DNA of 64,000 nt from contig OY970399.1 of NCBI GenBank assembly GCA_963720545.1, positions 96,001-160,000 on the forward strand, in the 5' to 3' direction. Source of the DNA: an uncultured Acidobacteriota bacterium. Its GTDB lineage: Bacteria > Acidobacteriota > Vicinamibacteria > Fen-336. Each line of letters begins with the position of its first letter. Positions within the stretch are counted from its first letter, which is position 1. Shown in pieces: positions 52,416 through 61,863 of the stretch. The notes beneath the pieces are model-generated. The model saw only the letters and a list, made by a program, of their open reading frames with translations. It had not been told where the DNA came from and ran no database searches. Made by a program: the position numbers and the translations under genes.

Positions 52416-53465
52416 CTACGCCCGAAGCTCCTGAATGCTGGCAGTCACCGCCAGCGCCGCGGCGCCCACCACGGCCACCGCGCGCGAGTATTCCATGCGC
52501 GTCCCGCCGAGGATACCGATTCCGAACACCTCGCGACCGTCCACTTCGCAGCGGGCCGTGACCAGGGACACTTTCCGCAGCGCCGGGTCGGCGTTCTCGC
52601 GGCCGATGGTGATGCGCACGCCGCTGCCGTCGAGGCAGGCGCCGAGGATGCGCACCAGCCGGCTCTTCTCCTCGAAGGTGCGGAAGATGGTGCGCATCAG
52701 CTCGACGTCGTCGGTCTGTTCGAGCAGGTTGACGGCGCCGTCGAGGAAGACACTGGCTTCGCTGGGCGCGCCCTCGAAGGACGGCTCGGCGAGCGCCACC
52801 ACCTGCTTCAGCAGCTGGTCGTAGCGCGCCTTTTCTTCCTTCATCATCTCCAGGAGCCGCGCCCGGATTTCCGGGAGAGGCACACCGGAGAAATGGGTGT
52901 TGAGGTAGTTGGCGCACGCCTGCAGGTCGTCCTGGGTGATTTCGGTCTCGAACTCGACGTCCACCACGCGGTTGGTGACGATGCCGATGGGCGAGACCAT
53001 CACCGCCAGGATGCGCGGGTGGGGCAGGCGCACGAAGTCGATGTGGCGGAAGGTCGGCATTGCCGGGTCGCTGAGGAGCGCAAACCCCATCTGCTGGCTC
53101 ATCTCCGAGAGCAGCTGCGGCACGCTTTGCAGCAGCTGCTGCGGCGAGGAGTCGCCCGGGCGTAGCCGCGACTGGATGCGGCGCGCCTCCGCCACGTCGA
53201 GCGCCTGCGGCGCCATCAAAGCGTCGACGTACAGGCGATAGCCGTCGTCGGTGGGCACGCGGCCGGCACTGGTGTGCGGGTGGTCGAGGTAGCCGAGCTT
53301 CTCGAGTTCGGCGAGCGTGTTGCGGATGGTGGCTGAGGAGAGCGTGTTGCCCAGCCGCCGCGCCAGGCTCTCCGAGCCGACCGGCTCGCCCGTGCCGATG
53401 TGCAGGTCGACGAGCGAGCGCAGGATCGCGCCGCTGCGTTCACCCAGGGGCGAGGGCGGCATCAT
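52416..53465 (-). CDS. hrcA: Heat-inducible transcription repressor HrcA
   Basis: EPVGS, SSATIRN, HPHTSAGRVPTDDGYRLYVD, GGTRMEY; start at ATG 53465. Confidence 0.95.
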   Translation of the reverse strand: MMPPSPLGERSGAILRSLVDLHIGTGEPVGSESLARRLGNTLSSATIRNTLAELEKLGYLDHPHTSAGRVPTDDGYRLYVDALMAPQALDVAEARRIQSRLRPGDSSPQQLLQSVPQLLSEMSQQMGFALLSDPAMPTFRHIDFVRLPHPRILAVMVSPIGIVTNRVVDVEFETEITQDDLQACANYLNTHFSGVPLPEIRARLLEMMKEEKARYDQLLKQVVALAEPSFEGAPSEASVFLDGAVNLLEQTDDVELMRTIFRTFEEKSRLVRILGACLDGSGVRITIGRENADPALRKVSLVTARCEVDGREVFGIGILGGTRMEYSRAVAVVGAAALAVTASIQELRA

Positions 53466-55006
53466 TCGCCGAAGCGGATGCCCTGTGCGAGCGGCAGCTC
53501 GGCCGACCAGTTGAGGGTGTTGGTCTGGCGGCGCATGTACGCCTTCCACGCGTCCGAGCCCGACTCGCGGCCGCCGCCTGTTTCCTTCTCGCCGCCGAAG
53601 GCGCCGCCGATCTCGGCGCCGGAGGTGCCGATGTTGACGTTCGCGATGCCACAGTCGGAGCCCTTGGGCGAGACGAACTCCTCGGCCTGGCGGACGCTGT
53701 CGGTGAACACCGCGCTCGACAACCCCTGGGGCACCTCGTTGTGCAGCGCCATGGCGTCGTCGAAGGTGTCGTAGCTCATCACGTAGAGGATGGGCGCGAA
53801 CGTCTCCTGCTGCACGATCGGGGTCTGCGCCGGCATGCGGACGATGGCCGGTTCCACGAACTGCGCGCCGAGGTCGGCGCGCGGCTTGCCGCCGGTCAGG
53901 ACCCGGCCGCCTTGTTCCGAGGCCTGCGCCAGCGCCTGCTGCATGTCGTCGACAGCCCTGCGCGTCACCAGCGGCCCCATCAGCGTCGAGTCGTCGAGCG
54001 GGTTGCCGATGCGCACCTGGCCGTAGGCCTTCACCAGCCGTGCCGTCAGGTCGTCCACCACCGACGAGTGCGCGATGATGCGGCGCGTCGAGGTGCAGCG
54101 CTGGCCGGCGGTGCCGACGGCGCCGAAGACGATGGCGCGCGCGGCCATGTCGAGGTTGGCGTTCTCGGTGACCACGATCGCGTTGTTGCCGCCAAGTTCG
54201 AGGATCGAGCGGCCGAAGCGCTGCGCCACGACGCCCGCGACATGGCGGCCGATCTGCGTGGAGCCGGTGAAGGAGATGAGCGGGATGCGCGGGTCGTTCA
54301 GCATCTTCTCGCCGATGTCCCTGCCATGGCCGGCCAGCAGCGTGAAGATGCCGGTGAGGCCGTGGTCGGCCATCACCGAGTTCGCGATCGTCTGCACCGC
54401 AACGGCGCAGAGCGGCGTCGGTTCGGCGGGCTTCCAGATGATCGGGTCGCCGCACACGGCCGCGAGCGCCGAGTTCCAGGACCACACCGCGACGGGGAAG
54501 TTGAACGCGGTGATGACGCCGACCGGTCCGAGCGGATGCCACTGCTCCATCATCCGGTGCGCCGGACGTTCGGAAGCGAGCGTCAGGCCGTAGAGCTGGC
54601 GCGACAGCCCGACAGCGAAGTCGCAGATGTCGATCATCTCCTGGACTTCGCCGTGGCCTTCGGCGCGGATCTTGCCCATTTCCAGGCTGACGAGGTCGCC
54701 GAGCGGCTCCTTGTTTGCGCGCAGTGCTTCGCCAAGGTCGCGGACCACGGCGCCGCGCTTCGGCGGCGGCACCATGCGCCACGTCTGGAAGGCGGCCGTG
54801 GCCGCGCTCACCACCTTTTCATAGGCGGCGGGGCTCGCGAGGCGAACCGAGCCGATGGGTTCGCCGGTCGCGGGGTTGGTCGAGACGAGCACCTCCGCGG
54901 AAGGCTCGTCGATGAACCCCCCGGGGCCCGTGCAGGCGCCGGGGTTGATGTCCTTCAGGCCGAGCTTGTCGAGAAGCGAGGAGGTCCTGGTAGTCGCCGT
55001 TGCCAT
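53462..55006 (-). CDS. Aldehyde dehydrogenase, ALDH7/antiquitin-like (piperideine-6-carboxylate dehydrogenase family)
   Basis: GEVQEMIDICDFAVGLSRQ, ELGGNNA, GQRCTS, GAEIGGAFGGEKETGGGRESGSD; start at ATG 55006. Confidence 0.93.
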   Translation of the reverse strand: MATATTRTSSLLDKLGLKDINPGACTGPGGFIDEPSAEVLVSTNPATGEPIGSVRLASPAAYEKVVSAATAAFQTWRMVPPPKRGAVVRDLGEALRANKEPLGDLVSLEMGKIRAEGHGEVQEMIDICDFAVGLSRQLYGLTLASERPAHRMMEQWHPLGPVGVITAFNFPVAVWSWNSALAAVCGDPIIWKPAEPTPLCAVAVQTIANSVMADHGLTGIFTLLAGHGRDIGEKMLNDPRIPLISFTGSTQIGRHVAGVVAQRFGRSILELGGNNAIVVTENANLDMAARAIVFGAVGTAGQRCTSTRRIIAHSSVVDDLTARLVKAYGQVRIGNPLDDSTLMGPLVTRRAVDDMQQALAQASEQGGRVLTGGKPRADLGAQFVEPAIVRMPAQTPIVQQETFAPILYVMSYDTFDDAMALHNEVPQGLSSAVFTDSVRQAEEFVSPKGSDCGIANVNIGTSGAEIGGAFGGEKETGGGRESGSDAWKAYMRRQTNTLNWSAELPLAQGIRFGE

Positions 55007-55047
55007 CGTTGGTCGCTTCTCCGCTTCTGCTCGCTGAGGACCTGCTG

Positions 55048-55581
55048 TTATGAGTTGCCGCCGGCAGCACGCGCCTTGTTCTCGGCGCGGCCCGACATGT
55101 CGCTCATGCCCTTGAACATGGCGCCTTCGGCGATGACGATCTTGGGCGCGCGAATGTTGCCCGTGACGCGGCCGGTCGACTGGATCTCGACGCGTCCGGT
55201 GGCCAGGCAGTCGCCGGTCAGTTCGCCGGCAACCGCGATCGACTGTGCCTCGACCGTGGCCTTGACGATGCCCGACGGCGCGACCTTGAGGTCCCGGCCG
55301 ACGCGGATGTTGCCTTCGACGCGGCCCTCGATGACGACGTCCTCGTCGCCGGTGATCTCGCCGGAGATGCTGATGCCGCTCGCGATGACGCACGGGCCGG
55401 CCGACTTGCGCGGCTGCTGTGGCGCGGCCGCGGCGGTGGGGATGTACGGCGCGGGCGCGGGCGACGGAGCCGGCGGCGGCACGGGCAGGGTCACGCGCGG
55501 CAGGTTGGCTGACGGCTGCGACGCAGACGGCGTGGGGTTGAAGCCCGGCTTGTCTTCCGGCTTGTTACCGAAAATTCCCAT
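55048..55581 (-). CDS. Bactofilin (polymer-forming cytoskeletal protein)
   Basis: Pro-rich N-terminus plus ISGEITG..DVVIEGRVEGNI...GNI.AP.IVIAEGAMFKG beta-helix. Confidence 0.9.
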   Translation of the reverse strand: MGIFGNKPEDKPGFNPTPSASQPSANLPRVTLPVPPPAPSPAPAPYIPTAAAAPQQPRKSAGPCVIASGISISGEITGDEDVVIEGRVEGNIRVGRDLKVAPSGIVKATVEAQSIAVAGELTGDCLATGRVEIQSTGRVTGNIRAPKIVIAEGAMFKGMSDMSGRAENKARAAGGNS

Positions 55582-55625
55582 TGGACCTCCTCAAGGACTG
55601 CGCACGAAAACATAAATGATAGGCC

Positions 55626-55701
55626 TGGAGCGGGCGACGGGGCTCGAACCCGCGACACCGAGCTTGGGAAGCTCGTACTCTACCAACTGAGCTACGCCCG
55701 C
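55626..55701 (-). tRNA. tRNA-Gly (anticodon CCC)
   Basis: Minus strand GCGGGCGTAGCTCAGTTGGTAGAGTACGAGCTTCCCAAGCTCGGTGTCGCGGGTTCGAGCCCCGTCGCCCGCTCCA. Confidence 0.95.
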
Positions 55702-55748
55702 CCGTTAAACGTTCGTAACGCGATGATACGCGCGGGCTTAGGGGACGG

Positions 55749-57095
55749 TCAAGAGTGGATGAGGCCCAGGACCTGGTCCCGCCGGCGCTCCATATCCGCC
55801 TCGTTGTACGCCTCGAGGTTGAGCCGGAGGAGGGGCTCGGTGTTCGAGCCCCGCACGTTGAAGTGCCAGTCGTCGTAATCGACCGAAAGGCCGTCCAGCT
55901 TGGTGATGCGAGCGTCCTTGAAGCTCTCCTCGATCCGCGCCAGCACCGCGCCGGCGTCCTTGACCTTGGAGTTGATCTCGCCGGAGATGTGATAGCGCTC
56001 ACGCAGCGGCTTCAACAGCTCGCTCAGCGGTTTTTTGGCTCGGCTCACCATCTCGAGGACCATCAGCGCCGGGATCATGCCGTTGTCGGCGAACCAGTTG
56101 TCGCGGAAGTAGAAGTGTCCGCTGACTTCGCCGCCGAAGACGCACCCTTCGGCGCGCATCCGCTGCTTGATGAAGGCGTGGCCGACGCGGTTCACGAGCG
56201 ACGAGCCGCCCGCCGCCTTCACGCGGTCGGCAACCGCGCGCGAGGCACGCACGTCGTAGAGGATCTTCGCGCCGGGAAAGCGGGCGCAGAACACCTCGCC
56301 GAGCAGGGCGGTGACGAAGTCGCCGGGCACGAATGTGCCGGTGTCGTCGATGAAAAAGCAGCGGTCGGCATCGCCGTCCCACGCAATCCCGAGTGCAGCG
56401 CCGTCGCTCTTGACGCGCGCCTCGATCTCGACGCGGTTCTCAGGCACGAGCGGATCGGGCGAATGGTTGGGGAAAGTGCCGTCCAGCTCGAAATAGAGCT
56501 TCACGAGGTCGAGCGGCAGCCGCGGCATGATGGCGCCGGCGCCGACGGCACCCATGCCGTTGCCGGTGTCGAGCACCACCTTCATCGGCTGGATCGCGCC
56601 CTGGTCGATGAACGACAGGCAATGGTTCGCGTAGTCCTCGCTGATGCTCGGGTGGCTCACGGTTCCGGGGGTGGCTGTCGGCGCGTCAAGAAACTTTCCG
56701 GCTTCGAGCGCCTCGCGGATTTCCTTGATGCCGGCGTCGCCCGACAGCGCCAGCGCGCCGCGGCGCACCATCTTGATGCCGTTGTATTCCTTCGGGTTGT
56801 GCGAGGCGGTGATGATGGCGCCGCCGTCGAGGTCGTGGCGCGCAGAGTAGAAATACAGCATGTCGGTGCCGGCGATGCCGATGTCGACGACGTCGCAGCC
56901 CTGTGCCGCGCAGCCCTGGATGAACGCGGCGGCGATCTCGGGCGAGGAGACGCGCACATCGCGGCCGACGGCGATCTTTTTCGCGCCGAGATAGTCGACG
57001 AACGCGCGGCCGACGCGCCGCGCCAGCTCGGCGTTGATCTGCGAAGGGTAGATGCCGCGGACGTCGTAGGCCTTGAAGACGCTGGGGTCGAGCAT
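55749..57095 (-). CDS. Phosphomannomutase/phosphoglucomutase
   Basis: FKAYDVRG, TASHNP, DGDADR, GEVSGHFY. Confidence 0.95.
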   Translation of the reverse strand: MLDPSVFKAYDVRGIYPSQINAELARRVGRAFVDYLGAKKIAVGRDVRVSSPEIAAAFIQGCAAQGCDVVDIGIAGTDMLYFYSARHDLDGGAIITASHNPKEYNGIKMVRRGALALSGDAGIKEIREALEAGKFLDAPTATPGTVSHPSISEDYANHCLSFIDQGAIQPMKVVLDTGNGMGAVGAGAIMPRLPLDLVKLYFELDGTFPNHSPDPLVPENRVEIEARVKSDGAALGIAWDGDADRCFFIDDTGTFVPGDFVTALLGEVFCARFPGAKILYDVRASRAVADRVKAAGGSSLVNRVGHAFIKQRMRAEGCVFGGEVSGHFYFRDNWFADNGMIPALMVLEMVSRAKKPLSELLKPLRERYHISGEINSKVKDAGAVLARIEESFKDARITKLDGLSVDYDDWHFNVRGSNTEPLLRLNLEAYNEADMERRRDQVLGLIHS

Positions 57096-57104
57096 GGCGC
57101 TCCT

Positions 57105-58157
57105 CTACTGGGTGCGGCTGTATGCGGTCAATGATGTGCCGTCTCCGAGGACGCTGCCCGGAAGGACTGCGGCGTGGCTGCCGATTTCACAGTTGCTCCC
57201 GAGGAGCGCGCCGCGCGCCGATGAGCCGCCGTGAAAGCGAGTGCCTTGCCATGCCACAGTGTCCGCCACCGAGGCGCCCTCTGCCAATTGCACCTCGTCG
57301 CCCAGGCAAGCGTCGGGCCCGACAACAGCGTCTTTTTCGATGACGCAGTCGGCGCCGATGTAGAACGGAGCGACGAGGCGTGCCGAGGGGGACACCGATG
57401 CAGTCTGGTGCACCCAGCCGCCGTCGCGCTGCTCGCCACCAATCGCGACCGGAAACGTCTGGCGCAGGACGTCGCGGTGCACCTGCAGATATTTCTCGGG
57501 CGTGCCGATGTCGATCCAGTAGCCGCGATGCACATGCGCGAACACCGGCGCGCCGCGCGCGAGCAGGCCGGGAAAGAACCCGCGCTCGATCGAGTGCACC
57601 GCGCCCTCGGGAATCGCAGCGAGCGCCGCCGTGTCGAGGACGTAGATGCCGGCGTTGATGGTATCGGTCGTGATCTCTTCCGGCTTCGGCTTCTCGATGA
57701 AGCGGGTGACGGCTTCGCCCCTGGTTTCGACGAGGCCGTAAGCCGCCGGGTTCGCAACCGGCGTCAGCACGATGGTCGCGGCGGCGCCGTTGCGGCGGTG
57801 CGCCGCCACCACCGCGGGCAGGTCCACGTCGGTGAGCACATCGCCGTTGAAGACGATGGTCGTGTCGTCGAGCCAGGGCACGGCGTTGCGCACCGCGCCG
57901 CCGGTGCCGAGCGGCGAGGCTTCGACCGCGTAGTGAATGCTGCGCCCGAGAGCCGAGCCGTCGCCGAACACTGCCTGCACGGCCTCAGGGCGATACGCCA
58001 CAGAGAACACGATGTCGCTGACCGCGACGGTGCTGAGCAGGTCGAGTTGATGGCGCAGGAAGGGGCGGTCTACCACCGGCACGACTGGCTTGGGCGTGCG
58101 CAGCGTCAACGGGCGCAGACGCGTTCCCTCGCCACCCGCGAGGATCACAGCTTTCAT
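57105..58157 (-). CDS. NDP-sugar pyrophosphorylase (mannose-1-phosphate guanylyltransferase-like)
   Basis: LAGGEGTRLRPLT..PKP, EKP, INAGIY, WIDIGTP, hexapeptide tail; start at ATG 58157. Confidence 0.92.
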   Translation of the reverse strand: MKAVILAGGEGTRLRPLTLRTPKPVVPVVDRPFLRHQLDLLSTVAVSDIVFSVAYRPEAVQAVFGDGSALGRSIHYAVEASPLGTGGAVRNAVPWLDDTTIVFNGDVLTDVDLPAVVAAHRRNGAAATIVLTPVANPAAYGLVETRGEAVTRFIEKPKPEEITTDTINAGIYVLDTAALAAIPEGAVHSIERGFFPGLLARGAPVFAHVHRGYWIDIGTPEKYLQVHRDVLRQTFPVAIGGEQRDGGWVHQTASVSPSARLVAPFYIGADCVIEKDAVVGPDACLGDEVQLAEGASVADTVAWQGTRFHGGSSARGALLGSNCEIGSHAAVLPGSVLGDGTSLTAYSRTQ

Positions 58158-58231
58158 GGGCGAGCCACGAGAGCATAGCTTATAGTTTGACGTTCCCCGC
58201 CCCATCTAGACGCCGTTCTGAAGAGGTTTGG

Positions 58232-59560
58232 TTGAGCACACATCTGCAGTCATTCCTGGACAAAGTCGCGGCCGGCAAGGCGCGCGTCGGCACCCTCGGG
58301 CTCGGCTACGTCGGCCTGCCGCTCTCGGTCGAGTTCGCATCCGCGGGCGTCTCGGTCACCGGCTTCGACCTCTCCGAGCGCAAGGTCGCCGCGGTGAAGA
58401 AGGGCGAGAGCTACATCAAGGACGTGCCGTCGTCGCGGCTCGCGCCGCTGGTGGCGAGCGGCATGCTCACCGCGTCCTCCGACTTCGACGGCCTGCGCGA
58501 CTGCGACGCGGTGATCATCTGCGTGCCGACGCCGCTGTCGAAGACCAAGGACCCCGACCTGCAGATGGTGGTGGACGCCTCGAAGGCGATCGCCGAGCGG
58601 CTGCGTCCCGGGCAGCTCGTGGTCCTCGAGAGCACCACGTATCCGGGCACCACCGAGGAGCTGATCCTGCCGCTGCTGAAAGCCAAGGGCGGCACGGTCG
58701 GCGACACCTTCTTCCTCGCGTTCTCGCCCGAGCGCGTCGATCCGGGGAACCCGAAGTTTCACACCCGCAACACGCCGAAGATCATCGGCGGCACCACCCC
58801 AAACTGCACGCAGGCGGCGAGCGCCCTCTACGGCAAGGCCATCGACCGCGTCATCCCGGTGTCGTCCACGCAGACGGCGGAGATGGTGAAGCTGCTCGAG
58901 AACACCTTCCGCAGCGTCAACATCGGCCTCGTCAACGAGGTCGCGCTCATGTGCGACCGGCTGCACGTGGACGTCTGGGAAGTGATCGACGCGGCGGCCA
59001 GCAAGCCCTTCGGCTTCATGCCGTTCTATCCGGGGCCCGGCCTCGGCGGCCACTGCATTCCGATCGACCCGCTTTACTTGTCGTGGAAGCTGAAGACGCT
59101 CAACTACCGCGCGCGCTTCATCGAACTGGCGGGCGAGATCAACTCGGGGATGCCCGAGTACGTCTGCAACAAGGCGGCCGACCTGCTCAACACCCGCGAG
59201 CGCTCGGTGAAGGGCAGCAAGATCCTGGTCGTGGGCGTCGCCTACAAGAAGGACATCGAGGACGTGCGCGAGTCGCCGGCCCTCGACATCATCCGCCTGC
59301 TGTCGGAGAAGGGCGCCAAGGTCAGCTATCACGATCCGTTCGTGCCGCATCTCGACTTCGAGGCCGAGGGCTCGCACCTGGTGCACGAGCCGCTGAGCTC
59401 GATCGACCCGGTCGCGGGCGCGAAGGCCGCCGACCTCGTGGTGATCGTCACCGAGCACACCGCGGTTGACACCAGGAAGATCGTTGAAGCGGCGAGCCTC
59501 GTCCTCGACACCAGGAACGCCACCAAGGGCATCGTTTCCGACAAGATCCTGAAAATCTGA
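58232..59560 (+). CDS. Nucleotide-sugar dehydrogenase (UDP-GlcNAc 6-dehydrogenase / WecC-TviB-like)
   Basis: GLGYVGLP, FSPER, GGHCIPIDP, DVRESP; TTG 58232 preceded by GAGG. Confidence 0.93.
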   Translation: MSTHLQSFLDKVAAGKARVGTLGLGYVGLPLSVEFASAGVSVTGFDLSERKVAAVKKGESYIKDVPSSRLAPLVASGMLTASSDFDGLRDCDAVIICVPTPLSKTKDPDLQMVVDASKAIAERLRPGQLVVLESTTYPGTTEELILPLLKAKGGTVGDTFFLAFSPERVDPGNPKFHTRNTPKIIGGTTPNCTQAASALYGKAIDRVIPVSSTQTAEMVKLLENTFRSVNIGLVNEVALMCDRLHVDVWEVIDAAASKPFGFMPFYPGPGLGGHCIPIDPLYLSWKLKTLNYRARFIELAGEINSGMPEYVCNKAADLLNTRERSVKGSKILVVGVAYKKDIEDVRESPALDIIRLLSEKGAKVSYHDPFVPHLDFEAEGSHLVHEPLSSIDPVAGAKAADLVVIVTEHTAVDTRKIVEAASLVLDTRNATKGIVSDKILKI

Positions 59561-60102
59561 ACCTACCCAACGCGTTAACGCTCCTTCGCATCTTCCTGGT
59601 CCCGGTCCTGGTGGTGGTGCTGCTCACCCGGACCGAGAAGGGCCTGTTCCTCGGCGTCTTCGTGTTCGGCGTCGGCGTCCTCACCGACTACCTCGACGGC
59701 TACTTCGCCCGCCGCCGCAACCAGATCACCAAGCTCGGCATCCTGCTCGACCCGCTCGCCGACAAGCTGCTGACCGCGGCGGCGTTCCTTTCGCTGCTGG
59801 AGCGCGGCGCCATCCCGGCGTGGGTGGTCCTCATCATCCTCGGCCGCGAACTCGCGGTGACCGCGCTGCGCAACGTCGCCGCCAGCCGCGGCGTCCTCAT
59901 CCCGTCGTCGCCGCTCGGCAAGTGGAAGATGGTGACGCAGGTCGTCGCTATTTTCATCCTGCTCCTCGGCGAGCGCTTCCTGCAGCTGGAACCCCTCGCA
60001 CGCCCACTGATGTGGATCGTGGTGGTCATGACGTTGCTCTCAGGCTTCGACTACTTCCGCCGCTTCTGGCAAGCGGCCTTCGGCACCACCCGCTCGGCTT
60101 AG
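59557..60102 (+). CDS. pgsA: CDP-diacylglycerol--glycerol-3-phosphate 3-phosphatidyltransferase (probable CTG start)
   Basis: NLPNALTLLRI N-terminus; TDYLDGYFAR..GILLDPLADK; GKWK. Confidence 0.9.
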   Translation: MNLPNALTLLRIFLVPVLVVVLLTRTEKGLFLGVFVFGVGVLTDYLDGYFARRRNQITKLGILLDPLADKLLTAAAFLSLLERGAIPAWVVLIILGRELAVTALRNVAASRGVLIPSSPLGKWKMVTQVVAIFILLLGERFLQLEPLARPLMWIVVVMTLLSGFDYFRRFWQAAFGTTRSA

Positions 60103-61556
60103 CCCGCCGGCGGTTCGGCCTTGTGATGCTCGGTCGCGGCCTCGAAAGCGGCGGCGGTGCGGAACAGCGTGGCTTCGTCCCAAGGTTTGCCGAGGAACTG
60201 AAGGCCGACCGGTAGGCCGTCGACGAAACCGCCCGGTACGGACAGCCCAGGATTGCCGGCGAGGTTTGCGGGGACGGTGAAGTAGTCGGCGAGGTACATC
60301 TGCAGGGGGTCGTCGGTCTTTTCGCCGAAGCGGAATGCCGGCGTTGGGGTGGTCGGCGTTGCGATCACGTCGGCTTTGGCGAACGCAGCCTCGAAGTCGC
60401 GGCGGATGAGGGTGCGGACCTTCTGGGCGCGCACGTAATAGGCATCGTAGTAGCCGGATGACAGCACGAAGGTGCCGAGCATGATGCGGCGCTTCACCTC
60501 GTCGCCGAAGCCGGCTTCGCGGCTGGCGCCGTACATCGAGAGCAGGGTGCCCGTGCCGGGGGCGCGCAGGCCGTAGCGCACGCCGTCGAAGCGTGCCAGG
60601 TTCGAGGACGCTTCGGCGGTGGCGACGATGTAGTAGGTGGCGATCGCGTGGTGCATGTGCGGCAGCTCGATGTCCACGAGTTCCGCGCCGCGTTCGCGCA
60701 AGACTTCGAGCGACGTCTCGAAGACGCCGCGCACCTCGTCACCAAGCCCTTCGGCGAGCACCGATCTTGGGACACCGATACGCAGGCCGGAAAGAGCGGT
60801 GCCAAGGGTGCTCCTGAGGTCGCCGACCGGCACCGGCGCGCTGGTGGAGTCGAGCGGGTCGATGCCGAACATCGCTTCGCAGGTGGCGGCGGCGTCGGCG
60901 ACGGTGCGCGAGAACACCCCCACCTGGTCGAGCGACGAGGCGAACGCGACGAGCCCGTAACGGCTGACGCGGCCGTAGGTCGGCTTGAGGCCGACAACAC
61001 CGCAGAGGGCGGCTGGCTGGCGGATCGAGCCGCCGGTGTCGGTGCCGAGCGCGAGCGGCGCCATGTTCGCGGCGACAGCGGCAGCGGAGCCGCCGGATGA
61101 ACCACCGGGGACGCGGCCGAGGTCCCAAGGGTTTTTGGTCTTGCCGTAGGCGCTGTGTTCGGTGGAGGAGCCCATCGCGAACTCGTCCATGTTGGTCTTG
61201 CCGATGACGATCGCGCCGCGTGCCTCGAGGCGCTCGATGCACGTGGCGGTGAACGGCGGTCGGTAGTGCTCGAGGATCTTCGAGCCGCAGGTCGTCACTT
61301 CGCCGGCGAGGTCGAGCACGTCCTTGACGGCGAACGGTACGCCCGCGAGCGGCAGGGAAGCGCCCCCGGCCACTGCCTGGTCCACCTCGGCCGCGCGGCG
61401 GCGCGCGCGTTCGTCGAGGACCGCGCGAAACGCCTCGATGCTTTTGTCGCGCTCCGCAATGCGGGCGAGGTGCTCGTCTATGACCTCGGCGGCGCTGCGC
61501 TCGCGCGAGGAGACGGCGGCTGCGATCTCGAGGGCACTCGTCAACGCGTCAGCCAA
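60099..61556 (-). CDS. gatA: Asp/Glu-tRNA amidotransferase subunit A
   Basis: GKTNMDEFAMGSS, GGSSGGSA, TDTGGSIRQPA, SSNLARFDG, EVKRRIMLG. Confidence 0.97.
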   Translation of the reverse strand: MADALTSALEIAAAVSSRERSAAEVIDEHLARIAERDKSIEAFRAVLDERARRRAAEVDQAVAGGASLPLAGVPFAVKDVLDLAGEVTTCGSKILEHYRPPFTATCIERLEARGAIVIGKTNMDEFAMGSSTEHSAYGKTKNPWDLGRVPGGSSGGSAAAVAANMAPLALGTDTGGSIRQPAALCGVVGLKPTYGRVSRYGLVAFASSLDQVGVFSRTVADAAATCEAMFGIDPLDSTSAPVPVGDLRSTLGTALSGLRIGVPRSVLAEGLGDEVRGVFETSLEVLRERGAELVDIELPHMHHAIATYYIVATAEASSNLARFDGVRYGLRAPGTGTLLSMYGASREAGFGDEVKRRIMLGTFVLSSGYYDAYYVRAQKVRTLIRRDFEAAFAKADVIATPTTPTPAFRFGEKTDDPLQMYLADYFTVPANLAGNPGLSVPGGFVDGLPVGLQFLGKPWDEATLFRTAAAFEAATEHHKAEPPAG

Positions 61557-61836
61557 TGATTCGCGGCACGCGGAAGAGGCCCGAGTCGGGATCGGGCGCC
61601 TGAGCCAGCGCTTCGTCTCGGCGAAGTTCCGCTCCGGGAGTGTCCTCCCTCAGGCTCTCGACCGCAGCCGCGTGGCTCATCGGCGGCACGGCGTCGATGG
61701 GCAGGGCGGAAAGGCTGTTGGCGTACTCGAGGATCTGGCCCAGGTGGCGGGCGAATACCGGCTTTTCTTCGTCGCGCAGCTCCAGGTGCGCGAGCTTCGC
61801 GAGGTGTTCGACGGTCTTCTCTGTGATCGGCTCCAT
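61549..61836 (-). CDS. gatC: Asp/Glu-tRNA amidotransferase subunit C
   Basis: VEHLAKLAHL, LRED, F.VPRI. Confidence 0.93.
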   Translation of the reverse strand: MEPITEKTVEHLAKLAHLELRDEEKPVFARHLGQILEYANSLSALPIDAVPPMSHAAAVESLREDTPGAELRRDEALAQAPDPDSGLFRVPRIIG

Positions 61837-61846
61837 GCGGTGACGC

Positions 61847-61854
61847 TAATATTA
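61847..61854. promoter_or_regulatory. Palindromic TAATATTA, putative bidirectional -10 element
   Basis: Centred in the 27-bp gap between two divergent start codons. Confidence 0.55.
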
Positions 61855-61863
61855 ACGGCCACA

